A stretch of DNA of 64,000 nucleotides from Oikopleura dioica (Eukaryota; Animalia; Chordata), in NCBI GenBank assembly GCA_907165135.1, contig OU015570.1, forward strand, positions 2,439,929 through 2,503,928, written 5' to 3'. Positions within the stretch are counted from its first letter, which is position 1; each line of letters begins with the position of its first letter. Both the position numbers and the translations under genes were made by a program. Shown here piece after piece: positions 45,503-56,646 of the stretch. The notes under the pieces are model-generated. The model saw only the letters and a list, made by a program, of their open reading frames with translations, searched no databases and was not told the DNA's origin.

Positions 45503-46954
45503 GTCATACGTGGTCAATCTTCGGGGTAGGGATCCCGAAGAATAGACGATTTTAAATACGCTCAATCTTCGGGGTAAAATCCCGAAGAGCTACCGATAAA
45601 AAATGCGGTCAATCTTCGGGGTCTCGAAAATCCGGAGACGAAGAATAACCGATCAACATTGTGGTGAATCTTCGGGGTCTAAAAAAGTTTGAAGATGAAT
45701 ACTTATAAACGATCAGCATATTTAATTATTATATAGTTATTCCTGCTATGAAAAACTATCAAACAAATAGAAATCCGATGTTATTAATTTCAGTAAATTG
45801 ATGAATGAATAATAATGAATAATATTTTGGCCGATATTTCCGACCAAAATTGAGGGATTTTCGAATAAAAAATTCGTCCTAAAGATTGAAAGCCAATTAA
45901 CAACTCTCTTATTGAAAGTTTTTAACAGTAAAGTATAGTAAACCTAACTAACCCTAGCCTATCCCTCTCGGGTAATTTGTTCCGTCATTTTTGAAGGTGC
46001 CCCCTAACCCTTACCTTATTTTAGCAAATACTATGATTTTAATTTTTTTATGGGAAAAAAGAACAAGAAATTTGAAGGATACTTTAAAGCTGAGAACATT
46101 CGTAGATAATCGACTTGGAAAGAGCGTTCTACTGGTGAAAGAGAATCTCTCTGTCGCCTTCAGTTATGATAATTGAAGGATAATCCATATTATTACGAAC
46201 CATTTCCTTGATTTCAATAAAAATTTTTTTCTTCTTTTTTTTCGGTTTTTTGATTAAAAATCGTGCTGATAGCAACATTCATAAGGCGGGCGGATGATAG
46301 GAATTTCGATAACGCGGCAGCGAAATTAAGCACTCGACGATCTCGAAAACACTCATTTTACCCCGAAGAATCACCTCATTGTACATCGGTTATTCTTCGT
46401 CTCTAGATTTTCAAGACCCCGAAGATTGACCGCACTTTATATTGGTAGCTCTTCGGGATTTTACCCCGAAGATTGCGTCGCCGGTGAAAATAATTCGTTG
46501 CAACGAATTATTCGTTGCCCTAACGAATTTATTTTCCGTAAAAATAATTCGTTAAAAACGAATAATTCGTTAGGGTTACCGAATAATTCGTTAGGGTTAC
46601 CGAATAATTCGTTAGGGTTAACGAATAATTCGTTAGGGTTACCGAATAATTCGTTTTGAAAAGCTGTCCTCCCGCTAAGTTGACAACTCGATTTTTCATA
46701 AAATAAACAGACAAAAGGCACGGCTGAAAAAAGACAGCATACTCCAAAAGGAGTTTATCTCTGAAATCAGGCGCGGAGCGCATATATACCCTGATTTAAG
46801 TAGTTGGGTAGTAGTTATGCTAGGTTAGGGTTAGGGTTAGGTTTATGGGTTAGGGTTAGGGCTAGGCTTGAAAACAAAAACAAACGAAATATTGAGCGTA
46901 TTGAAAATCGTCTATTCTTCGGGATCCCTACCCCGAAGATTGACCGCATATGTC
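45503..46954. mobile_element. Mutator-like non-autonomous element containing telomere-like tracts
   Basis: Imperfect TIRs of about 70 bp starting with G and a perfect 10-bp TSD gagtgcacag. Internal atcttcgggg repeats, 21-bp repeats (46560-46655) and a TTAGGG tract (46820-46865). Confidence 0.88.
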
Positions 46955-47639
46955 GAGTGCACAGTTTTCAAAACATTGAGCGAGAATCTTTACGAACTAA
47001 TAAAGGCTCAAGATGGCATCGATTTAATCTATCAAATGATCATGTAACTAATTTTATAATTATTGTTTTGTCAAGCTTACAAGAATAATCTTAAAGATTA
47101 ATGAATATTTTTCAGATTCAAAATTGCCCAAAGCGAACATGCGCCAGGATACATGCTTCAAACTTTTCAAAAATTAAATTCATTTAATCGTGGCGAACTT
47201 CGGAGATACTTTGACTACAAATTCGACATTTACAAAAGGTCTTGCCTTCTTAGACCATCGATCTCGACGAAGGCAGATAGAATTATCTTTTTGATTAGTG
47301 AAATGCCCTTATTCGGCATTTATGCCACTTTTTTACAATGTTATTCTCAACAATACTCCCGAAAGATTCGGGCTATCCCGAAAGGTTCGGAAAATCCCGA
47401 AAGATTCGGGAGTAATCCCGAAAGATTCGGGAAATCCCGAAACATTCGGGATCCTGAAAGTTTGGAAGTGACAACCCTAGATAAGGTCGTAGAACCTGCC
47501 GATAAATTCGATGATGAATTAAGAGAAATACAGTCTGAAGCACTTTTTCGGAAAATCCCCAAAATCTGTAATCCTAGAAAAATCCATTTTAAGGCCACTT
47601 TTCTCAATTGTTATTCAAAGTCCGAAAGTTTCACTTAAA

Positions 47640-48310
47640 AAAGCTAGTTATATTCGACTGCGTCTCCGGCCATTATGAAGTCAATGGCTTCTGAGCGTCG
47701 GCATTGTCTGTCCCTTGAACTTGAGGCATTTTTACACTCTCAATCAATGTTGAAGGACGTGTTGTGTGTCGACCATTTTTTCCTCTTGTTCCTCAAGAAC
47801 TTTATCTCGAGATCTTCAAATTGCTCAATTTTTTTTTCAAAATCATCCTCTTGAAGTAGTCCTGTGTTGAGCCATGATCGCTTGAATATTGGGGTGTAGG
47901 GCGGCTACGTTACAAGTAGTTAAAATTGTAACGGCGTTACAAAAATTCAAAATCAAAATCATTGGATAAGTGTGCGCTTCGCGCTTGAATTGAAGGAAAC
48001 TAGTTCTTGGTATATCTCATTGCTTATTCTGTCCAAAATTATAAGAATTACGGAATGGAAAATAATTTTTATTGCGAAAAAAATCTGATTTTTTGTAACG
48101 GCGTTACAAAATTGTAACGGCGTTACAAATTTGTAACGTAGCCGCCCGTCCCCCGAATATTGCAGGGTTCTTGTTTATGATTATAATTTTTAAAAACTTT
48201 TTGTCCAAAAAAGGGAAAAATTTCTTGTCATCCGACTCGGGACAAAGAATATCCATTTTAAGCCACTTTTGAAATTCGCTGTCATCCAAAAATCGGCCTT
48301 AAAAGTGCTT
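47640..48310 (-). mobile_element. pogo-like transposon remnant with a nested MITE (47891-48153)
   Basis: IFKRSWLNTGL is homologous to 33964-34665, with a related subterminal gctgtcatccaaaa. The nested TIR gggcggctacgttacaa has duplicated gaatatt. Confidence 0.7.
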
Positions 48311-49179
48311 CACATTGTAACTTGGGTACAGTATGGAGAATCATTATGAAAGAACAAAGTTCTTATTTTCGACCCTCTTTTTCTCACTAGTGGTAGCTGG
48401 AACCAACTGTTACCATGTTCTTGGACTTGAAATTCATTCGTTTTGCATTTAAAACATAAAAGTTTTCATTAAATCTTTAAAGGCTTTTCAATGGGATGTT
48501 GGGTCTTTCAAATCAATTTCAAAATTTGACTGCTGATCAAGATTCTGTGTAGTAAATGGGCTGATGACTAGGTTCGTGGGACTAGGTTCGTGAGTTTTTA
48601 ATGGTAAAAATTTTTGGTCATTAACGGAAATGGTTTGATGACTAGGTTTGTTGGACTAGGTTTGTGAGATTTTAAAAATTTAAATTTAACAAGAAAAGGG
48701 TTCGTGGGGCTAGGTTCAAGGGTTTTTGAACAAGCAAAATGTAGGATTTTATATCCCAAATGAGCCTAGTCTTCACGAACCAAGACCAACGAACCTAGTC
48801 TCACGAACCTAGACATCAACCCATTTCCTATACTGACCGAAAATGGAGAAGATACAAAAAAACAGACTCCTGAATAGTGCGATTCGAAATTTTTTCGGCT
48901 CACCCCGAAATTTCCGAAATTGTGCGTTCCGGAATTGTGCGTTAGGACTGTATTTCTGGCGAGATCGGGCTGATCGCAACCATTTCAATATTTTTTGATT
49001 ATTTTTTTTTCTGATAAGCCGCGCCTTAGAATAAAGTCGAATGAAATTTTCCACATTTTTTTAGAGTTGATCGTCCGGGAAGAAAGATGAGCGTCGAATT
49101 CAACTGAAGAAATGAAAACTTCTTATGAATCAGCATCATTGAGGAGCGAAAATACAAGATCGGTTTGATCGAACATCTT

Positions 49180-49469
49180 GGCTACCGGGGACTCCCAGTA
49201 CCAATTGGTACTGCCAGTACCAATTTGGTACTCCCAGTACCAATTTTCGCAAGGCAAAATTTTAGTCAGCCAGGAACGCCCGCTCCGCGGGTTCTGTGGT
49301 AAGAAACTTACTGATTAGGACAGGCTACACTTCTATTTACCCGCCTACTATTGTTCCGACTGAAATATCTTGTTAAAATATCACTCAAAAAGCCGAAATT
49401 GGTACTCCCAGTACCAAAATTGGTACTGGCAGTACCAAAAAGCTTTGGTACTGCGAGTCCCCGACGCCC
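49180..49469. mobile_element. MITE with 8-bp TSD (aacatctt) and internal ggtact/agtacc repeats
   Basis: GG termini with ggggactc...gagtcccc inverted repeats. Confidence 0.75.
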
Positions 49470-50115
49470 AACATCTTATCTATATAAAGTGTCAATGAGA
49501 TAACAATTTTTCATTACCGAAAAGATTGATTTGTAATTAAGTTTCAATAAAAAACTTTCAAATTTGAAACTTATTCCGGACTTATATGATTTGGTGGCCA
49601 CTCTTTATGTGGCCGGTAAACCGGCAGAATTAAAGAGTGACGCGCGTACGCGATTTGATTCTCGTGCCAGCTTAGCGAATAGGCGTGACAGTGGTTGACG
49701 GTGCTGAGGTAGTCAAGGCCATCAAGGCCATCACGGCTATCAAGGCCATCAATTCCCAATTTCAGGTTTTGAGAAGTTTTGTAGATTTGGTTGCTGTTGT
49801 TTTTATAAGCGCGGTTCTAGAAACGTTTTTGTTCTCAGATTATAGTGCTTAGCTGAATTATGAACTCAAAATTTGAATGAAAAATTGCTTTCGCTGTTGT
49901 AAAGGACACAGCTTAGGAAGCAGATCAATTTTTGTACTTTTAAAGCACAAATCGACGATCACAAAGCAGAAAAAGCGGGTGTGCGCTCCGAGCCTGTCTT
50001 ATAGGAAACCCAAGAAGCAAGTTTCTAGAATTGATGGCCTTGATGGCGTTGTTGACAAATTCAGGTTACGGGGACTTTTGTTAGGGTTAGGGCCGATGTA
50101 TAGGATTACCCTTAA

Positions 50116-50864
50116 GGGTAGAACATGAAATCGGCGCGCGGCGCCTCGCTCGCCTAGCGCCCCGCCGTGCCCTACTTTTCAGAATGCCCTAAAATCGGAA
50201 CGGATAAAGCTTTTTCAAAAGTTTCTTCGGATTTCAGATCATCAAAGCCTTTACTTTACACAGATCAAAAATGAGCAGAATCGTCAAAGAATAAGTCGGA
50301 GAAAATGACATGAGTTGGTTAAACTCTATCTTCTCTCGCAATTCTTATCCGATTTTTTTCAAATTTAGATAGGTCGAAAGTGCTCCGTTAGACATAAAAT
50401 TTCGTAGTCTTAGAATTAATTTTGAGGCTTTATGGAATTTTATATGAGCTTTTGAAATGAGAGCTGCACCGTCGTGAGGCGCGCAGCGTGAGAGAAGAAG
50501 CGGCGCGGCGTGAAAGCACTTGTTTTGAGAAGCCGTGTGGAACTTTAAGAAACTTCAAAATTAATTCTGAGACTACGAAATTTTAGGTCTAACGGAGCAC
50601 TTTCGACCTATTTAAATTTGAAAAAAATCGGATAAGAATTGCGAGAGAAGATAGAGTTTAACCAACTCATGTCATTTTCTCCGACTTATTCTTTGACGAT
50701 TCTGCTCATTTTTGATCTGTGTAAAGTAAAGGCTTTGATGATCTGAAATCCGAAGAAACTTTTGAAAAAGCTTTATCCGTTCCGATTTTAGGGCATTCTG
50801 AAAAGTAGGGCACGGCGGGGCGCTGGGCGAGCGAGGCGCCGCGCGCCGATTTCATGTTCTACCC
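50116..50864. mobile_element. Foldback-type element with about 310-bp near-perfect inverted arms, TTAA-flanked, GG termini (Kolobok-like)
   Basis: TTAA|gggtagaacatgaaatcgg...ccgatttcatgttctaccc|TTAA. A diverged relative lies at about 52400-53425. Confidence 0.9.
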
Positions 50865-51565
50865 TTAAATGGTCTTGATGGCCTCGATGGCCGTGATGGC
50901 CTTGATGGCCTTGCTGACAATTTCAGGTTTTCCGTATATTTCGGTCGTGCTCCGTAAAGCGGGTGAGAACGAAGTGAGTAGAAAATGCAGCGCGCTCCGC
51001 ATAAATACGTTGCGCGATAAATACAAGAAAACAAGATACGATCATGATCGGCTTCTTCGAGAACCAACGACAAAGTGCTTTTTTGGGACGCACTGACTAT
51101 GTCGCCGAATGTCGCCATTTTGTTCAAAATAGCCTCAAATAAGAAAAAATGTTTTGTTATCAAAATAGAATCATTCTAGAAAATGACAGAGGCGCAAAAA
51201 TTGATAGAGTCACTCTTTGAGTTCCCTACTATATAGGCGTGAAGCGCAGAAAAATTCCTGACGGGATGTTAAGTTTAGGTTTCTTATGTTGGCATCATAA
51301 TCTTGTGGTGTGCTAACTACTATCTGAGTATTTGCAAAGTAGTGAACACAAGCCAACATAAGAATAGGAACTAGTACTAGTTTATTGGTATGTAAAAAGT
51401 GTACATTTTGTGGTTGTAGTTTTGTGTGTATGTGATCACATTGTGTGTGGATGTGTGTAGAACAGGAAGACAGTGGAACTATTATACGGGGCTCATACTA
51501 AGGTGTGAAATTAGGAGGGGCATGAGGACCCGACGAGTTCTAAGATGTAGAAGTAGAACAGCATA

Positions 51566-51970
51566 CCGTGGTTTTCCATCTTAAGAGCGCCCAAGTTAAG
51601 AGCGTTTTTGCCAATATTTTCCGTATTTTGTCATCAGCAAAAATTCCAACTTTAGAGCGTTTTTGGGTATTTTTAATTAATTATCAGAATAACGTTTATT
51701 TTAACCTTAAAAATCATTAAAAATGATGTTTTCTACGCTTATTTTTAGGTGAAATCATTCATTCTGATTGAAAGATCGTAAATATTTTATCATAAATAGG
51801 TAAAAATGACCTCGGATACATTGTTAGAGTTCTGAAAAGAGCTCATTTTATGCATAATAAGCATCATTTTTACCCACTGTCATCCTAGTTTGATCGTAAA
51901 TTTTCCAACTTAAGAGCGTTTTGGTCAACCCTTGTCATCCGAAAAACGCTCTAAAGATGGAAAACGACTG
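51566..51970. mobile_element. TA-flanked pogo-like MITE
   Basis: ccgtggttttccatcttaagagcg / cgctctaaagatggaaaacgactg. Confidence 0.75.
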
Positions 51971-54900
51971 TACATTATAAGTAGTTGTTAGGACACTACA
52001 ATCTTCCTGAGCTTCTTTATTGTCGATTTCTTCTTCAACGTCTTCTTATCCATCATCATCGTCTTCTTCTTCTTCAGCGCATTCTCCATCATTATCGTCA
52101 TCTTCTTCAAATTTTTCAGTCTGAATGCATCTCTCGGTGGTCGTGCTTTCTTCCTCTCTTTCAATCTCTTCATAATTTTTGCTCTTTTCAAATTGCCTGA
52201 CCTGTTGTATTTTTTCGAACTTTTTGGCATAATAAATGAAGTCATTCCTCCGAACCCAAGAAAAAATGAAAAAAATTGATTATCACAATCCTCAGAAGCA
52301 TGATTATCACCATGAGTTTGAACTAAATCAGTCGGAAATTGAAATTACTCTGACTTAAATGCAGTAGTTGCTCAAAATTTAGCGCAAAAGATTTCGCGAA
52401 CGCGCAGCGCAAGAAAAAAAATGAGCGCCGCGGTTCAGCACTCATTTCAAAAGATCATACAAAATTCTAAAGACCTTCAAAATTCAATGTGAGAAAACGA
52501 AATTTTAGGTTTAACAAAGCTCTACTGACCGAAAAACCTGAAAATGGCAACAAGGGCAACAAGGGCAACAAAGGCAACATAGGGCAACGAGGGCAACAAG
52601 GGCATCTGAAAAAACAGCTTCAAGTCTCCAAAACCTGAAAATGGCAACAAGGGCAACATTCCTTCGCTTAGGAAAACAACATCTTCAAGAGATGGAGGCG
52701 GGAAAGTAGAGAAAGTTGGCCTCCTGCCAAAATGAGTTCTCTACCAGAATTTGCGCGCAGGGGCCGCAGGCCCGCAGCGTGCTCAACAGCGTTGATAATT
52801 TCTTTTGGATTTTCTTGTTCTATATGTTGATATTTTTGCGATGAACGTACATGAATCAGACGAAATGGCTAATTATTTGATTAGAAATTTATAAATTTTG
52901 ATCAATTATCTAGTTTCATTTTACAAACAGCGTTGTAAACTCGTATTTGCTGTTGGTCCCGTGCTTGCATTTTCCTGACTGAGCCAAAAAGAACGCAAGA
53001 AAATTAATTCAAAACAAATCTAGAGACGCGCTCCTAAAACAACAACAACAGACAATTCAAAATCGGCCCAAGTCCTCAAAACCTGAAAATGGCAACAAGG
53101 CCAACATGTTGTCAACCTTGTTGCCTTTGTTGCCCTTGTTGCCATTTTCAGGTTTTACCCTACTGACTCGTCTTTGTTTAAGAAAAATCTGATAAAAATT
53201 GTGAGAGTAGATAGGTTTTAACCAACTCATGTCAGTTTCTCCCACTTCTTAGTTGACGATTTCGCTTATTTTCAGTATGCAACGAAAGAAGGCAACAGTA
53301 ATCTTTATTCAAAAAAAGTTTGGAAAAAAGTTTATCCGTTCAAAAGTTACGGCTTTTAGAAAAGTAGGTCACGGCGGGACGCTGATCCAGCGTGCCGTGC
53401 CGCTCCGATTTGATATTTTACCCTAAACGTAAATTTATATTAAAATTATATTTTCGATCAGAAAAATTTGTTAGAAGAAAACGATATTATGACCACGAAT
53501 GTTAGTTTTCTAGAACATGGTTTATTGTTATTTTTGGCGACATTCGGCGACATTCGGCGACATTCGGCGAGAAAGTCAGTGTCAGCCGCATTTTTCGTTT
53601 TCTTTGCTCTTTTGAATATCTTGAATTGACGAGTTTTCAATTAGATAATTTTAGGCTGACACTGAGGTCGATAAAGTATCGACGATACTGAATACCGATG
53701 ATTTCAATGCATTGCCCCGAAAATAAAAGATTGATCGCTCCGCCGATCAATCTTTTGGCCACGCTGCGGCGCTCTTGTGCTAGCCTAAAAAGTCCTCACC
53801 GCTTTCTTACTTTTGCTCCGGAGCAGAGTCAATTTTAAAAAATTGACAAATGGTGGTGTTTGGTCCTGGTGGTGGTGTTATAACGTAATAAAATAAAAGA
53901 TGTCAGGAAAATTAAGCTTGAACATAAAATAAAAAATAATAATGAAGAATCACTTAAATCTTTCAATCTCTTTAATTTAATATTCTTCTTAATTCTAACG
54001 ATGCGCAAATACAATATTAAGCTTGTCAAAAGTAGAAATTCTAAAATATACAAATATCATAATAAGATGCGAATTTTAGATAAAATTTCAAAATCGGTTG
54101 AGCCAGATAGGATAAAAAAAAGTGCCTTAGCGCGCCTCGACCTCACGCCGCCTGCTCCTAATCCCAGAGCAATACCGCTAAGCTAACACTTATTGAGGGC
54201 GGCACTTACTTCTAAATTTATATACAAAGGATTTCACTTAAGGGGGGTCGACGAGAATTTTTTCCTGGGTAATCGTAATTTCGCTAATAAGAATATCGTA
54301 ATAGTCTAGAAATGAAATTTATATTTTTGGAATCTAAAGATTCTCCCGTCAATCATTTGATCATTTGATCATTTGATAAAAATTAGTTTTAGGGGGTAAA
54401 ATTAAGAAAATTGTAAAAGATGACGATTTTTGGTGAATTGAAAACAGCTACATTCCTTGATTGGGGACCACAAATGAGAATTTAAAAATCAATCGTTTTC
54501 AATTTTCAAAGTTTTATTTATTTTCGCTGATTTTTGAGCTCAAACTAACCAGCTCGACTTCTCCGCAGAATTGCAAATTTGGCTTTATTTTTGCTGAGCT
54601 GAGCTGAGTTGCCCTGAGTGAGAAATTTCTCTGAGCTGATTCTATTTCGGAGCTCACTCAGCTGAGCTGAGCTGAGCTGGCCATTTTCAGAGGTCATTGA
54701 GCTGAGCTGAGCTGAGCAGACCTTTTTATTTTCTCAAAACACGGGCGCGCTACTATACGCTCAAAACACGGGGTCCAATTATTGGACCACAATTGTGGCA
54801 TTTGCATTATTCAGCCCTGCGCGCCGCGCCAAAATCAGAGTGTGATAATCAGCGCGGAAGTCTTTTGGCTCTTTCTCTGGATTCCGTGAATCAAATAAGT

Positions 54901-55530
54901 TGATAAACATATTGTTGACACGACTGGACAAGCCGACAAAATAAAATCTTTTCAAGCCAGCCACCATGTGAATACTTTGTAAAATTTTAGTAATATTTTA
55001 CATATTTGTTACTCATTCGCCACGGATATTAGTTATCTCGACTTTTGTAAAATTTTAGTAATTTTTTACAAATATCTTACTTCTGCGCCACTTAGACACT
55101 CATAGAGATATTTGTAAAATTTTAGTAATATTTTACATATTTGTTACTCACTCGCCACGGACATACGTAACTTCGACTTTTGTAAAATTTAAGTAATATT
55201 TTACATATTTATCCTTCACTCGCCACTGACATAAGTTATTTCGACTTCTGTAAAATTTTAGTAATTTTTTACATATTTCTTACTTATTTTGATCTGACTT
55301 GTACAGAACCCTTTATTCTGCCCTATTTTAATGTGCGCTGACCCGATTACAGTTATCGACGTGACGAATCGACGATTGCAATCATAAACAACTGATTTAT
55401 TTCCCAACTCTGAAACACCTGACTGACTCTGACTCCCTTTATAAGCGATTTCCGCCCTGCCAAAAACATTCAAATTCAATAAAACCTCGATCGACTTTAA
55501 ATTTTTGTTCCAGTCTTGTCTAGTCATATC

Positions 55531-56646
55531 ATGGCGACCAGCGTTAGACACCCAATCGAACTTCTCGAAGCTTTCGAGGACAACACACTTCCTAAGACGA
55601 AGATCACGATGAAAACGACAAAGAGACAATTAAAAAGCCTAGAGACAGACCTTCGAGCAAAAATGGAACGAATGAAACTGATTTTCGACACGTCACTTAA
55701 ACTTCACGACATTAAGGATAATACAAGCGAAAAAATAGCCCTGGAAGCAGAATTCAAGCGTACTCGACGAAATATCTGCCTAGCTCACCTCGAGTCAAAT
55801 TTCCAGGAGCGCTACGAGGACGAATTCGACGACATCAAGGGCTCATCTGACTTCTTCGAGCTCCTACAACAAATCATTGGCAAAGAAAACACAGAGGAGG
55901 AAGCAAAAGAAGCCCGAAACAAATTGAACAAAGCCAGCCGTCGTGTTGATGAAGAAGAGACATTCTCACGGTTTCACACTCGACTTGAAAAACTTGCAAC
56001 CACCGCAAGCAAAGGTAATGCGACCCTTCAGAAACATTTTTTGGAGGAAGCATTCAATGCGAATTTGACGCCAGAACTGCAACGATACCTTCTGGACCAA
56101 GGAAAATCGACATGCAGCACCAATGACACAGCAAAATATCTCGACCAAATGAAGAAACACAAACGCCGAGTCGAGATCAAAGCCGTCTCCGCAGACGACA
56201 CAATGCTACGGGAACAAGTAACCGCTCTCACTCATCAATTTTCGACGCTGCCGACACGTGAATTTCTGATGGAATCCCTTCACTCTACCCTTTCGTCAAT
56301 GATGGAGGAAAGAATGAGCTCATTCAGACGAGAGCTCACGGAAGTCAACAAAGTTCAGGCAAGTCTTCAGAAAAAACAGCCTGCGCCAGAGTCAAGAAAC
56401 TCCTACGAACAACAACGAGCAATCAATACAGCTGCCCAATTCACTTCTAGAAGATACGACGACCCATTTCAGCCAAGACAACCGAGACAATTTGAACGAC
56501 GCCAGGATGGAGCGCCCCTGATCTGTTTCGCATGCGGAGTGAAAGGTCATACGAAGAAGAATTGCCGTGGCACCGTCATCTGTCATATCTGCAATGAAAG
56601 AGGCCATATCAAGGATATCGGCCCGCAAAGATCGTCAAAAAACTAA
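55531..56646 (+). CDS. gag: Gag with CCHC knuckle(s)
   Basis: CFACGVKGHTKKNC plus a degenerate second knuckle CHICNERGH. Confidence 0.9.
   Translation: MATSVRHPIELLEAFEDNTLPKTKITMKTTKRQLKSLETDLRAKMERMKLIFDTSLKLHDIKDNTSEKIALEAEFKRTRRNICLAHLESNFQERYEDEFDDIKGSSDFFELLQQIIGKENTEEEAKEARNKLNKASRRVDEEETFSRFHTRLEKLATTASKGNATLQKHFLEEAFNANLTPELQRYLLDQGKSTCSTNDTAKYLDQMKKHKRRVEIKAVSADDTMLREQVTALTHQFSTLPTREFLMESLHSTLSSMMEERMSSFRRELTEVNKVQASLQKKQPAPESRNSYEQQRAINTAAQFTSRRYDDPFQPRQPRQFERRQDGAPLICFACGVKGHTKKNCRGTVICHICNERGHIKDIGPQRSSKN
56637..56643 (+). promoter_or_regulatory. -1 ribosomal frameshift slippery site A_AAA_AAC
   Basis: Canonical X_XXY_YYZ heptamer in the gag frame directly before TAA. The -1 frame is open into the protease (FQIDTGAQVS). 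Confidence 0.85.

Noticed and set aside
46560-46655. 21-bp tandem repeats as a CRISPR-like array
   Set aside because: The repeats are head-to-tail with no spacers and lie inside a TIR element.
46820-46865. True telomere
   Set aside because: The tract is short, degenerate and interstitial within a TSD-bounded element.
47153-47638. 161-aa ORF as a gene
   Set aside because: It is largely composed of cccgaaagattcggg repeats within a TE patchwork and has no supportable domain.
51988-52245. K/M-rich 85-aa ORF
   Set aside because: It is a frame-shifted reading of a decayed acidic (E/D) tract; the alternative frame has stops.
54779-54967. Host ORF continuing across the gypsy insertion site (joins 61534-61600)
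   Set aside because: The rejoined frame is only about 68 codons and closed upstream, too weak to call a gene.
55258-55629. 123-aa minus-strand ORF repeated at 61260-61529
   Set aside because: It lies within the identical LTRs, so the duplication is explained by the LTR.
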